Below, piece by piece: positions 55,096 through 64,000 of a stretch of DNA of 64,000 nt. The notes under the pieces are model-generated. The model saw only the letters and a list, made by a program, of their open reading frames with translations, did not search any database and was not told the origin of the DNA. This DNA comes from an uncultured virus (IMG/VR IMGVR_UViG_3300021185_002094) (taxonomy: Duplodnaviria; Heunggongvirae; Uroviricota; Caudoviricetes): IMG/VR virus record IMGVR_UViG_3300021185_002094; one strand, 5' to 3'. Within the stretch, counting starts at the first letter, position 1. Each line of letters begins with the position of its first letter. The position numbers and the translations under genes were made by a program.

Positions 55096-57396
55096 CTATA
55101 TTTTACAACTATCGCAATCATCTTCATCAACGATAGTCTGTTCGAGTTCTGGTAACTCTTCTTTCATTTCTCCAGCACCATCATAGGTATTGAAGTAATA
55201 AAGTTGTTTTAATCCATACTTATAAGATGTAACTAAATCTTGTAGCATCACCGACATAGGAATTTTATTATCCTCGTAGTGTTCTGGATTATAAGAAGTA
55301 TTGACACTAATACCTTGATCAACATACTTCTGTAAGATAGCACATATCTTTAGATATCCATCTGGAGATTTTTGATCCCAGAGTAGATCATATTTATTTC
55401 TAAGATAATGATACCCTGGAACTACTTGGGCCAGAACACCATCCTTAGATTGTTTATATGATACTAAAGCACGTGGTGGTTCAATACCATTTGTACTATT
55501 AGAAATCTGTGCAGATGTTTCTGCGGGCATTAATGCCATGAGAGTACTGTTTCGGATACCAGTGGTTTTAAGTTGAGTTCTCAATTCGTCCCAAGGTAAC
55601 CTTTCTTTATGCTCTATTAAATTATCTACTGCACTCTTATATGTAGTATTTGGCGTATCTCCAAACGCGTATTTTGTCTGATTATTTAAAGGTATTTTGC
55701 CTTTTTCTTTTGCCAAGTCTGCAGATGCCTTAATAAGATAGTAACTCCATGCTTCTGCGTATTCATCTACTACTTCGAATGCACTTTCATCATATTTAAG
55801 ACCTCTTTTGGCCAAGAAGAATGCTAGATTAATAATACCAATACCTAATGGCCGTCTATCAATGGTTGAACTTTCTGCAGCAAGAATAGGATAGTCTTGG
55901 TAATCTAAGAGTTGATCTAGTGCCCTTACTGATAGATTACAATATTTTTCAAAGTCTTTAGGGTCATTTATTAAACCCCAATTAATTGCTGATAGAGTAC
56001 AAAGAGATATCTCTCCGTTTTCATCATTCATACTTTCTAAAGGATTAGTAGGAAGATTAATCTCACAGCATAGATTAGATTGTTTAATAGGTGCTTCTTC
56101 TGCAATAAATGAACCATGATCGTTTGCATGATCTACATTCATCACATATATTCTACCCGTATCTTTTCTCTCGGTAAGTAGTTTTTGGAATACTTCTAAT
56201 GCTGGTATTGTTTTCTTGCGAATGGAGTATGCTCTTTCATACTTCTCATAAAGTTCTTTGAATTTATCTTGATCATCAAAGAATGCTTCATATAACCCTG
56301 GAACATCATTAGGATCAAATAGTGTTATATTACCACCTGATAATAATCTCTCATACATTAATTTATTGAGTTGGAATGCATAGTCCATATGTCGGACTCT
56401 ATTTTCTTCTGTGCCTTTATTATTCTTTAGTACTACTAAATCTTCAAACTCATAATGCCATATAGGTAGATAGACTGTAGCCGCCCCACCTCTAACGCCA
56501 CCTTGTGAACAAGACTTAACTGCAGACTGAAAGTATTTTAAGAATGGTATGAGTCCTGTATGTACTACTGATCCATCACCAACTCTTGCACCTGCTGCCC
56601 TTATCTGTCCTGCATTAATTCCTATACCGGCCTTCTTACTTATGTACTTGACAATAGAAGAAGCAGTAGAATTAATAGAGTCAAGGCTATCGCCAGATTC
56701 AATAAGTACGCAAGATGAAAACTGTCGCGTTGGTGTACGAACTCCAGCCATGATCGGAGTAGGTAACGATATATAAAATTGAGAAATTGCATCGTAATAA
56801 TCCTTTACGTATTTCGTTCTTATATCTTTTGGGTAATCACTAAATAATGTAGCTGAGACCATCATATACAACATCTGAGGTGTTTCATAATGTTCTTTTG
56901 TCTTTCTATCTTGTACTAAGTACTTACCTCTAAATTGTTCCATACCAGCATAAGTGAAATGGTCGTCTCTATCATGTTTAATATATTTGTCCAATTCATC
57001 TACTTCATCGCGGGTGTAACTTTTCATTATTTCACCATCATATACCCCACGGGATATATTTTCAATGATAAGATGTGCAAGTGGCCATGGTTTATAATCA
57101 CCATAAACTTCTTTTCTTAGTTTATAAGAAATTAACCTTGCGGCAACGAATTGGTAATTTGGGGTGTGTTCAGATATGAGTTCTGCAGCAGACTTAATAA
57201 GTAGCTCATGAATATCATATGCTGGGATTTTATCATAGAGTTGGATGTTAGCCTTAAGTTCTATTTCTGACATTGAAACGCCAGTAAGCCCCTCGGTTGC
57301 CCACTCTAAAACTTTGTGTACTTTTTCTAAATCGAAATCTTGGCTATCGCCGTTTCTTTTTGTGACTTGTATAGCCATAGTGTTAGTGCCTATCAT
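55096..57396 (-). CDS. nrdA: class Ia ribonucleotide reductase alpha subunit
   Basis: ATP cone VTKRNG, TRQFSSCVLI, SCSQGGVRGG, QSNLCCEI, LCTLSA, LYY, C-terminal CDSC. Confidence 0.97.
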   Translation of the reverse strand: MIGTNTMAIQVTKRNGDSQDFDLEKVHKVLEWATEGLTGVSMSEIELKANIQLYDKIPAYDIHELLIKSAAELISEHTPNYQFVAARLISYKLRKEVYGDYKPWPLAHLIIENISRGVYDGEIMKSYTRDEVDELDKYIKHDRDDHFTYAGMEQFRGKYLVQDRKTKEHYETPQMLYMMVSATLFSDYPKDIRTKYVKDYYDAISQFYISLPTPIMAGVRTPTRQFSSCVLIESGDSLDSINSTASSIVKYISKKAGIGINAGQIRAAGARVGDGSVVHTGLIPFLKYFQSAVKSCSQGGVRGGAATVYLPIWHYEFEDLVVLKNNKGTEENRVRHMDYAFQLNKLMYERLLSGGNITLFDPNDVPGLYEAFFDDQDKFKELYEKYERAYSIRKKTIPALEVFQKLLTERKDTGRIYVMNVDHANDHGSFIAEEAPIKQSNLCCEINLPTNPLESMNDENGEISLCTLSAINWGLINDPKDFEKYCNLSVRALDQLLDYQDYPILAAESSTIDRRPLGIGIINLAFFLAKRGLKYDESAFEVVDEYAEAWSYYLIKASADLAKEKGKIPLNNQTKYAFGDTPNTTYKSAVDNLIEHKERLPWDELRTQLKTTGIRNSTLMALMPAETSAQISNSTNGIEPPRALVSYKQSKDGVLAQVVPGYHYLRNKYDLLWDQKSPDGYLKICAILQKYVDQGISVNTSYNPEHYEDNKIPMSVMLQDLVTSYKYGLKQLYYFNTYDGAGEMKEELPELEQTIVDEDDCDSCKI

Positions 57397-57422
57397 TATA
57401 TTTCTCGGTTTTAATAGTATAT

Positions 57423-57451
57423 ATTATACTACACTTTTACGTGCTTGTAAA
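57423..57451 (-). promoter_or_regulatory. sigma70-type early promoter for nrdA
   Basis: TTTACA-17-TATAAT with TGTAG. Confidence 0.8.
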
Positions 57452-57454
57452 TAG

Positions 57455-57772
57455 TTATTTACTATTTTTTTCTAATTTCTCTATTCTTTTTATAAGCTTT
57501 GGATAAGCTTCGAATTCATGTAACTCTTTACATGGATGAGAATTGGCCTCAAGGGCATCTAACCTCTCTGCGGCAAGAGGATATTGTTTTCTGAACTTAG
57601 CATCTTTCTTTAATACTTCAAGTTCATATTTTTTGGCAAAGTATTCCATAAACTTATCTACTTGTTTTTGGAACCAAATACCAAGTGCAGTACCCTGAAA
57701 CCATTGATAGAAAGAACTACCAATGATCGAGGATAGTATTGATTTTAGTGAAAGAACAATTAGCCAATGCAT
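57455..57772 (-). CDS. hypothetical protein with a hydrophobic N-terminus
   Basis: 105 aa, directly after the lipase. Confidence 0.6.
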   Translation of the reverse strand: MHWLIVLSLKSILSSIIGSSFYQWFQGTALGIWFQKQVDKFMEYFAKKYELEVLKKDAKFRKQYPLAAERLDALEANSHPCKELHEFEAYPKLIKRIEKLEKNSK

Positions 57773-57773
57773 T

Positions 57774-58535
57774 TTATTTCTCCACCTTATCTAGTCTTTT
57801 GATTGCTTTTACATAGTTAGGCATTCCATGATCTACAACTCCATCAAAGAATTTAAATCTTTTCCATGAGTTAAAGATACCATAGAACATATCACCCCAA
57901 GTTGGTTTAGGTTGTTTATCACCATTTCTATTAAAGTAAATCATTTCTCCATGGTGTCTAAATCCTAGCCATGCTGGAGGGATTCTACAAACTATATCAT
58001 TATTATTCATAAATCTATAATGAGGGCATTTAATATTTTTAATAAATCTTTTTCCACCCACTCTTGGTGAACCGAATGTAAAGAGTTCATGTGGTTGATA
58101 TCTAGTAGAACTAATAGTTGCCATTGCTGCACCTAGTGAATGTCCTGTAAAGTAAACATCTTTTCTTACTTTTAGTTGGTCATTGTGCTCTAATTCTTTT
58201 ACTATTTCCATCCATAAATCATCTACTTCTTGTTGGAAACCACCATGTACTTTACCACCTGCCATCGCAGAATTCTTAAATACTTTTAAGTCTGCCATAA
58301 CATCATTTAACTTACTTGGTTCTGTTCCTCTAAATGCAAACCATAAATCATTTCTATCTTTTGCGATTAGTACTTCTGCACCATCTTTAGATATTAACTT
58401 AACCCAGGCAAATCCTAATTTCTTTGCCGCTGTAATTGCTGGTTTCTCATTCATATATGCAATTGCAGATAACTTAGCTGCAATTACTGCCCTTTCCCAT
58501 TTACTCCTTTCCACTTTCATTCTCGTTGACGCCAT
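57774..58535 (-). CDS. class 3 lipase (alpha/beta hydrolase)
   Basis: AFRGTE, VHGGF, TGHSLGAA nucleophile elbow, TFGSPRVG, NNNDIVCRIP, DH.M..Y. Confidence 0.92.
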   Translation of the reverse strand: MASTRMKVERSKWERAVIAAKLSAIAYMNEKPAITAAKKLGFAWVKLISKDGAEVLIAKDRNDLWFAFRGTEPSKLNDVMADLKVFKNSAMAGGKVHGGFQQEVDDLWMEIVKELEHNDQLKVRKDVYFTGHSLGAAMATISSTRYQPHELFTFGSPRVGGKRFIKNIKCPHYRFMNNNDIVCRIPPAWLGFRHHGEMIYFNRNGDKQPKPTWGDMFYGIFNSWKRFKFFDGVVDHGMPNYVKAIKRLDKVEK

Positions 58536-59016
58536 TCTGTTCCTCCACTTTAATTTCAACTGCCGCACCATTTTCATCATTGATCGTTACGTTCCTATAA
58601 TATACTATTACTTCTCCAAGTTGGTTAATATATCTTTTTATTTCTTGTGTATTATAAGACATTAGTTCATAGTCTTCCGCAGTCATAGCAAAGAAAACTA
58701 TATCTCCCCCATGCTGTTTTTTAATATCATCAATAAATCTATCTAAATATGTATACCCGTCTGGATATATATCTTCTCTACCTAAAGAACAATCTGAGTT
58801 TCCTTCTTCATTCTTTAAACAGTTTTCAATAATAGTAGCATCAGATACTACATACCACCTTGGTTCTTTTAAGTCCATAGGGCGTGGTAGAGTAGGTTGA
58901 ACAATATCTATTTGTATTGGTTTAGTTATAATCTCTACTTCACGAGGCCCCTGTAATAGGGCACATCCACTAATCGTTAAGGCTGCTAATACGATTGCTA
59001 TCTTCTTCAATTGCAT
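58501..59016 (-). CDS. outer-membrane lipoprotein, putative o-spanin
   Basis: Lipobox ISGC, Pro-rich segment, DYELMS.N..EIKRYI.QL..VIVYY; overlaps the upstream TM coiled-coil gene. Confidence 0.7.
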   Translation of the reverse strand: MQLKKIAIVLAALTISGCALLQGPREVEIITKPIQIDIVQPTLPRPMDLKEPRWYVVSDATIIENCLKNEEGNSDCSLGREDIYPDGYTYLDRFIDDIKKQHGGDIVFFAMTAEDYELMSYNTQEIKRYINQLGEVIVYYRNVTINDENGAAVEIKVEEQNGVNENESGKE

Positions 59017-59362
59017 CGAATACCTCCTTAGTTCTATTATTTGCTCTAAGTTCTATTAAACCAGGTTTTGCACTGGCCAACTTAGTAATACTATGGCGTC
59101 TAAATATATCCAAGTGTTCATTCATCTGGATTTCATACTGCTGGTTACTTGCTTGTAACCCAGCCATAGCTTGAGTTGTTCTTGTTAGATTTGCTTGAAT
59201 GGATTGAATGGTGGCTTTTTGTTCCTGATCTCGGAGATCTTGTGCCAGAATAACTGCTGTCTGTTCTTCTATCTTATTCTTCATAGGGACAACAGCAAAT
59301 GTATAATAGAGAAAGAATGATAATCCCATCGCCCCAATTATACCCATAAATATTTTTGTCAT
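58970..59362 (-). CDS. putative i-spanin
   Basis: N-terminal TM, long coiled coil, AKPGLIE...N motif typical of T4-like i-spanins. Confidence 0.7.
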   Translation of the reverse strand: MTKIFMGIIGAMGLSFFLYYTFAVVPMKNKIEEQTAVILAQDLRDQEQKATIQSIQANLTRTTQAMAGLQASNQQYEIQMNEHLDIFRRHSITKLASAKPGLIELRANNRTKEVFDAIEEDSNRISSLND

Positions 59363-59378
59363 AATATACCTTTCCTAA

Positions 59379-59645
59379 TTAATTCTTAGTATCTAGTGTC
59401 TTCAGATTACTTTTTTGGGCCATTAATTCCTTCTTTTGTTCTCTTACTTTCTTTCTTCGAAGCATTCTTTCTACGAATTTTCTACCTTCTTTGGTTCTAC
59501 CATCGTAACGTGGGCCTTCTTTCTTATTTCTTTGTTTATGTTTCTTATGTGCATCAGGTGACATGGCATCTGAAGGCATTGAAACACCACCAGCACCTAC
59601 TGAATTGGCTGCGGCATCTTCCCAAATATCTTTAAATGATTTCAT
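59379..59645 (-). CDS. hypothetical protein, probable capsid-internal
   Basis: MKSFKDIWE start; YDGRTKEGRKFV.R. Confidence 0.65.
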   Translation of the reverse strand: MKSFKDIWEDAAANSVGAGGVSMPSDAMSPDAHKKHKQRNKKEGPRYDGRTKEGRKFVERMLRRKKVREQKKELMAQKSNLKTLDTKN

Positions 59646-60220
59646 CTTATTAAATTCCTATTACTTATATATATCTTCTGTGCTGTTTGAACGTGATGCA
59701 CTTCGTATATATTTTGGTTAAAGAATTTATCCACCGGATCTAAAAATTCATCAACCCTTACTTTAGTTTTAGACATCGCAATAATTTCACCCGTCTGTGG
59801 TGATGCTATGTCCTCTGTTAATGTATATACACCTGGTCTCAATCTATTATCTTCTTGAAACCAAGTTGACTCTTCCAATATATCATTTTCAAAGTCACCA
59901 ATAACTTTTGTTAAAACTTTTTTAATTGACTCTTCTGACATACCAGTCTGCTCTTTAATTAAGAAGAGTGCTGCTGCATAACTTGCAAGTTTAGTTTTAC
60001 CAAATGGAAGTTTACCTAGTATTCTTTTTAAGTTAAATACTAATCTATGAAAAACAGTATAGGCAGATTTTTCTTCTGGTGATGTTGCCTTCTTTAACTT
60101 TTTACCATTCTCATCAACTAGGCCTAACTCAAAGGCTTTGGACTTTTCCCACGGCGTAGTAAGTAGCCTTAAAAATCTAAAGGCGTATACTAAATCACCT
60201 GTTCTGGATAAAACTCCCAT
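59642..60220 (-). CDS. conserved hypothetical phage protein
   Basis: YAFRFLRLLTTPW...AF.LG..D..G...AYT.FHRLVFNLKR...SYAAALFLIKE. Confidence 0.78.
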   Translation of the reverse strand: MGVLSRTGDLVYAFRFLRLLTTPWEKSKAFELGLVDENGKKLKKATSPEEKSAYTVFHRLVFNLKRILGKLPFGKTKLASYAAALFLIKEQTGMSEESIKKVLTKVIGDFENDILEESTWFQEDNRLRPGVYTLTEDIASPQTGEIIAMSKTKVRVDEFLDPVDKFFNQNIYEVHHVQTAQKIYISNRNLIR

Positions 60221-60591
60221 TAAATTTCCCTTAATACTTTAATAATATATTGATCCATAGGTATATCTACCCACTGATCTTCTCTTAAATAGTTTAAAAA
60301 TACTAAAAAGGGTTTTAGATACGGGTAGTGAATTTGCTCTACCTTAAATTCTATCATCTTATTAGCATTTTCAATACCGAATACGTTATATATTACAATA
60401 AGATGATTTAATATTAATCGTTCTTGTAAATCATCATGTAACTCATAACGACTTAATAATCGTTTTACATATTTAAATCTGTTTAAGTCCTCTTCAAATT
60501 CTTCTACTTCAATACATTCTGGATTGTTATAGTTGTTCATTGCAAAGAGCTTAAAGTTCTTATTAGTCAGTGTGTCAAATATTTTCATCAT
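60220..60591 (-). CDS. conserved hypothetical phage protein
   Basis: FAM..Y.NP.C....EF.EDL.RFKY.KRL..RY...ERLILNH.I..YNVF. Confidence 0.78.
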   Translation of the reverse strand: MMKIFDTLTNKNFKLFAMNNYNNPECIEVEEFEEDLNRFKYVKRLLSRYELHDDLQERLILNHLIVIYNVFGIENANKMIEFKVEQIHYPYLKPFLVFLNYLREDQWVDIPMDQYIIKVLREI

Positions 60592-60623
60592 ATATTATAT
60601 ATACTTCCAAAAAAGGCCAGTAG

Positions 60624-61445
60624 TTACTTATTTAAAGTTGGTCCGTTTACCTTAGCCTTATATTTTTTAACAATCTTTTGTACATTTCTATCAGCAAGAA
60701 ACTTAGTTAAAGAAGCTTCATCACCGTAAAATTCTAAAGATGCTGGAGCAGAAGAACCACCATCAAAGCTAGTTACATGCATTTTTTTAATTTTACTAAT
60801 TAGTTTATCCATCTGATCCATTTCAGCTTTAGTAAATCCAAAATCATCATTAAACTTATTAGAACTATTACCTTTAACTACTTCGATAGATGCTCTGGCT
60901 TCGTGTCCTCTACGATTTTTATCTTTATAGTTTTTCATGTCCCTAACATCTTCTTGAACATCTTCACTTTTTGCTTTATAGTTCTTGTCTACATAGTTAA
61001 AGAATTCTTTTCTTTTTTCTTTATCTAATTCAGCAGGTGATTTTGCACCAAACTTTTTCAAAGCCTTTGCAAAGAAAAGTTTATACTTCTCTTCTTCGGA
61101 AAGTTTAGCCTCTTCTTGAGATTCTTCTTCCTCATGTTTGGTTTCTTTAACTACTGTACCATCCATATCTTTCTCGCCAGAAGCTTTAACTTTATGTAAA
61201 GCTTTAAAATCTTTCTCACCCTTTGCTCTAGGCTCTTCAGGCGATTCATTTTTTGGCTTGTCGTGAGTATAACCTTTCTTAGAAAGTTCTTTATGGTCTT
61301 TCTCATTTTTAGCTACTTTCTTCTCACCAGTTTCGGGATGAAACATATCGTGAGGATATTTAGCCTCTTCTTTTTTTACTTTACCCTCTACTACATCTTT
61401 TACAGTTGCAGCAATGTCCAGGGTTACTTTATCATTTAATTTCAT
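60624..61445 (-). CDS. charged modular protein, probable head-associated
   Basis: K/E-rich; YK.FF.KALKKFG.KSPAEL....KEFF.YVD module; AGGAGG RBS. Confidence 0.65.
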   Translation of the reverse strand: MKLNDKVTLDIAATVKDVVEGKVKKEEAKYPHDMFHPETGEKKVAKNEKDHKELSKKGYTHDKPKNESPEEPRAKGEKDFKALHKVKASGEKDMDGTVVKETKHEEEESQEEAKLSEEEKYKLFFAKALKKFGAKSPAELDKEKRKEFFNYVDKNYKAKSEDVQEDVRDMKNYKDKNRRGHEARASIEVVKGNSSNKFNDDFGFTKAEMDQMDKLISKIKKMHVTSFDGGSSAPASLEFYGDEASLTKFLADRNVQKIVKKYKAKVNGPTLNK

Positions 61446-61457
61446 GTTTTCCTCCTG

Positions 61458-61757
61458 TTAGTGCATGAAAAGCATTCCTGTAATCCCTGTGGCTGCTGCC
61501 GCGATGACTACCCAGAATATCTTGTTGATAACATTTACTGTTGAAGCATTCTGCCTCACCAAATCTTCTAATCTATCTACTCTATTTATAAGAGTTAATA
61601 TCTGTTGCCCTTGTTGTTTACCAAAATCAGTAAGAGTTATAATCTTTTCTTCTGCACGGGCTAAAGCTATAATAGCCTCAGACATCTGATCTATTTTTTG
61701 TTCTATTCTATCCAGACGAGCTGATTGTTCAGCTCTTTGTTCTGCTGCTGTTGCCAT
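61458..61757 (-). CDS. coiled-coil protein with a C-terminal TM
   Basis: RLDRIEQKIDQMSEAIIALARAEEKI; hydrophobic tail. Confidence 0.65.
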   Translation of the reverse strand: MATAAEQRAEQSARLDRIEQKIDQMSEAIIALARAEEKIITLTDFGKQQGQQILTLINRVDRLEDLVRQNASTVNVINKIFWVVIAAAATGITGMLFMH

Positions 61758-62022
61758 GTTTATAAACCCTGCATTTAAGTGGAGTAACACCCCTGATTAA
61801 TCTATGGTACTCTTCTCTTTTAATGTTAAATACCATTCCTTTTTTTAATAACCATGGTAAACAATCTTGTAATTGAAATTGCCAACCCTCGCCGTCTAAT
61901 ATTTCTATCTCTCTATCTTCTTTATCTCTATGCCAAACAAACTCAGCATCTTCCCTTAAAGGATCAAATTCTCTTATGTCCGCATCTTCCCAGTACGGTT
62001 TACCAAAAGTAATTTCCACCAC
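61729..62022 (-). CDS. cupin-like hypothetical protein
   Basis: WHRD.EDR, GW.FQ....P, YHRLI.G. Confidence 0.65.
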   Translation of the reverse strand: MVEITFGKPYWEDADIREFDPLREDAEFVWHRDKEDREIEILDGEGWQFQLQDCLPWLLKKGMVFNIKREEYHRLIRGVTPLKCRVYKHGNSSRTKS

Positions 62023-62389
62023 CTGATAATCCTAATTGTTTTGCATAACGAGGTAATCTACATGCCCAATAACCTGATGACATCTTATCTGTTTTTGTAT
62101 CACAGTTATGTCTGGCTGCAAAGGAAGCAGCTGCCCCCTTATCGTTAATCTTACTAGTGAGGCCGCCTTTGGCATCACCAAATTCTATTTTCTTTACGTT
62201 TCCTGTTTTAGGATTTTTAACGTAAACCACATATTTCTTTTTACCGCTTGATCTTTTGGGGGAGTTAAGTTCTACATCTCTACCCTGATATTCAGATTCT
62301 GTTAGTTCAATCATTGGCTGATCTAAAGGTACATGCTGACCTTCATAAATTCCGAATCTTTCTTCTATATGTTCTAAGAAACTATGCAT
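62000..62389 (-). CDS. conserved hypothetical protein, probable capsid-internal
   Basis: EYQGR.V.LN.P, KKY.VYVKNP..GNVKK..FG, SF.ARH.C, YWAC. Confidence 0.72.
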   Translation of the reverse strand: MHSFLEHIEERFGIYEGQHVPLDQPMIELTESEYQGRDVELNSPKRSSGKKKYVVYVKNPKTGNVKKIEFGDAKGGLTSKINDKGAAASFAARHNCDTKTDKMSSGYWACRLPRYAKQLGLSGGGNYFW

Positions 62390-62390
62390 T

Positions 62391-63059
62391 TTATTTCCTT
62401 TGACTCTTTATCCACTTTTGAGCTATTGAATTCTCGGGTGGTTTAGATGCCCATCTTTTTATATCTTTATACGCTTCTAATGTTGAGGTGTCTATATTGG
62501 CACCTGTAGAATTATCTACTACGGTCATTCTATTACGAAACAGCCCTTGAAACTTACCAATGTTCTTTTGAACATCTTTCCACATTTTTTCTACTTGATC
62601 CGCAGGTAACACACGAGGTCTGGATTTATTTCTTTGTTGCGCAGTTTCTAAATCTGTATTAACAAAGATCATATGAACTGCGTATCCTATTTCCCTTAAC
62701 TTATTTACCTGAGTTTTTATTTTAGTATAGTCTTTTCCCGTACCATCTATAACTACACCTAATCTTCCTATAAGTGCTCTTTCTAATTGTTTACCTGTAA
62801 TTGCCTTTGCTTTATCTCTAATTGCTTGACCCTGTACTGAAAATATATCTTCAGGATCCATAGTAAGACCAGCCTTAGTTAATGCATTTTCGTAATTAGT
62901 ATCTGAATTAATAATCTTAAAACCTAAAGAAGCTAAAGAAGTTTTACCCACTACAAAAGACTTACCAGAACCTGGGCCTCCTGCTAGGAATACTGCTTTA
63001 AAAATAGAAGGATCATTTACTCCTTCCATCATTTCTGAATGTTCTCTAAAGTTTATCAT
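62391..63059 (-). CDS. zeta-toxin-like P-loop kinase
   Basis: KAVFLAGGPGSGKS Walker A, INSD, VVIDGTG, GY.V.MIFV.T.LE.A..RN..R.R, VVDNS. Confidence 0.8.
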   Translation of the reverse strand: MINFREHSEMMEGVNDPSIFKAVFLAGGPGSGKSFVVGKTSLASLGFKIINSDTNYENALTKAGLTMDPEDIFSVQGQAIRDKAKAITGKQLERALIGRLGVVIDGTGKDYTKIKTQVNKLREIGYAVHMIFVNTDLETAQQRNKSRPRVLPADQVEKMWKDVQKNIGKFQGLFRNRMTVVDNSTGANIDTSTLEAYKDIKRWASKPPENSIAQKWIKSQRK

Positions 63060-63409
63060 TTCTTTAAATCGTACCTAAATGATTTGTTTTTATCTTGGCC
63101 TGATTTAGTAATACCATAACCAGCAATCTTAGCTAGTTGTTGTAATACAGGCCAATTTTTCTCTGGTCTTTTACTTCTACTATTCTTACTCATATCAGAT
63201 GAAATCTTATTAAATAAAGTTTTTACCATATCCATATCGTTCATTACTAATGGCGCTTCTTCTAAGTCTTCACTTCGAGCTCTTTTAAAGTCTTGTTTAG
63301 TAGGTGCTCCTTTTGAACCTGCCTTCCTCATTGGTCGGCCTTCCTTTCTTTTCTTATGGATATTGGCCCAAAGACCATTTCCTTCTATGAAATCTTTAAA
63401 GTCGCTCAT
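63056..63409 (-). CDS. hypothetical protein, probable capsid-internal
   Basis: MSDFKDFIE start; GLWANIHKKRK...MRK.GSKGAPT..DFK module. Confidence 0.65.
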   Translation of the reverse strand: MSDFKDFIEGNGLWANIHKKRKEGRPMRKAGSKGAPTKQDFKRARSEDLEEAPLVMNDMDMVKTLFNKISSDMSKNSRSKRPEKNWPVLQQLAKIAGYGITKSGQDKNKSFRYDLKK

Positions 63410-63999
63410 TTTTTTAATAGTGCCTTTGCTTTCATTCTATCATGGTATGTAAACTGATAGTTCTTACCATTCTTAGTATCTTTAACAATATAAGTTGTTG
63501 GTGTCATCTTAGTAACTTTACCCATATACTTAGCACCATCAGCACGATAGTAATCTACTTCTGTACCAACTTTAATTGACTTCTTAGTTTCTGCACCCAT
63601 TCCGTGTTTTGCAAGAGTTCTATAGTTTTCGGCCATATAGTTTTCTACTACCTTTTTAGCCTTTTTCTTTGCAATTGCAATAGCGGCTTGTTGAGCAGGA
63701 GATACAGCTTCTTCTTCTTTCATATTTTCTTTTTCTCTTTCATGCTTCTTTTTAATAGTTTCTAATTCTTTTGCATGTTTAAGAGCAAGTTGTGCTTTCT
63801 CTTCTGGAGATACTGCTTCGTTAAAATCATCTTTAATCATCTTACCTACAGTCAAGCCACGTTTAAGATTACCTTTATTATCTACTGCTTTAGGATACAT
63901 CTTAGCAATTAGATCATTATAACCTACAAGGACATTTAAAATATCTGCTCTGATTTCATCTGTACTAATACTTTTGATTACTTTCTTAACTGCACCAAG
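63406..63999 (-). CDS. hypothetical protein, 5'-truncated by the window edge
   Basis: Frame stays open upstream of the ATG at 63900 to the window end (LGAVKKVIKSISTDEIRAD...); EAVSP modules. Confidence 0.65.
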   Translation of the reverse strand, partial: LGAVKKVIKSISTDEIRADILNVLVGYNDLIAKMYPKAVDNKGNLKRGLTVGKMIKDDFNEAVSPEEKAQLALKHAKELETIKKKHEREKENMKEEEAVSPAQQAAIAIAKKKAKKVVENYMAENYRTLAKHGMGAETKKSIKVGTEVDYYRADGAKYMGKVTKMTPTTYIVKDTKNGKNYQFTYHDRMKAKALLKK

Positions 64000-64000
64000 G

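Noticed and set aside
61583..61590. Intragenic TATAAATA matches (also 7488 and 14502)
   Set aside because: Possible late promoters, but expected by chance in AT-rich DNA and distant from start codons; not listed as features.
1..64000. tRNA/rRNA genes, integrase, transposase, stop-codon reassignment
   Set aside because: No intergenic space or cloverleaf motifs seen; core genes are full length in the standard code and use all three stops.

Overview
A 64 kb, AT-rich, densely coding fragment of a T4-like myovirus genome, probably marine. The spanin pair and curli-secretion genes imply a Gram-negative host, and no photosynthesis genes are seen. Positions 1-29.6 kb hold the tail fibre, baseplate and tail module (S74-chaperoned fibre, VrlC-like protein, gp8/7/6/25/5/27-like/53/48, gp4/2/54/26/51, tape-measure-like protein). 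gp32, gp59, dsbA and gp33 follow. A ~19 kb accessory region lies between gp33 and rnh. It carries a late-promoter-driven cassette of two small membrane proteins, csgF, csgG, two curlin-repeat proteins, a FecR-domain protein, a CHASE2 adenylate cyclase and an overprinted ORF. It also carries a lysozyme, MazG-like and HAD enzymes, a peroxiredoxin, an exonuclease, phoH and a DenV-like gene. The remainder has rnh, a GIY-YIG nuclease, glutaredoxin, nrdB/M15 peptidase/nrdA, a lipase with spanins, and a run of probable capsid-internal proteins including a zeta-toxin-like kinase. Main highlights: the curli/FecR/cAMP cassette, a probable programmed -1 frameshift fusing gp26 to gp51, a 299-nt overprinted gene in the cyclase, 11-bp-period TGTAACA boxes at three early promoters, and T4 IP-like capsid-targeting N-termini. 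All calls come from motif recognition and synteny; no database searches were run.
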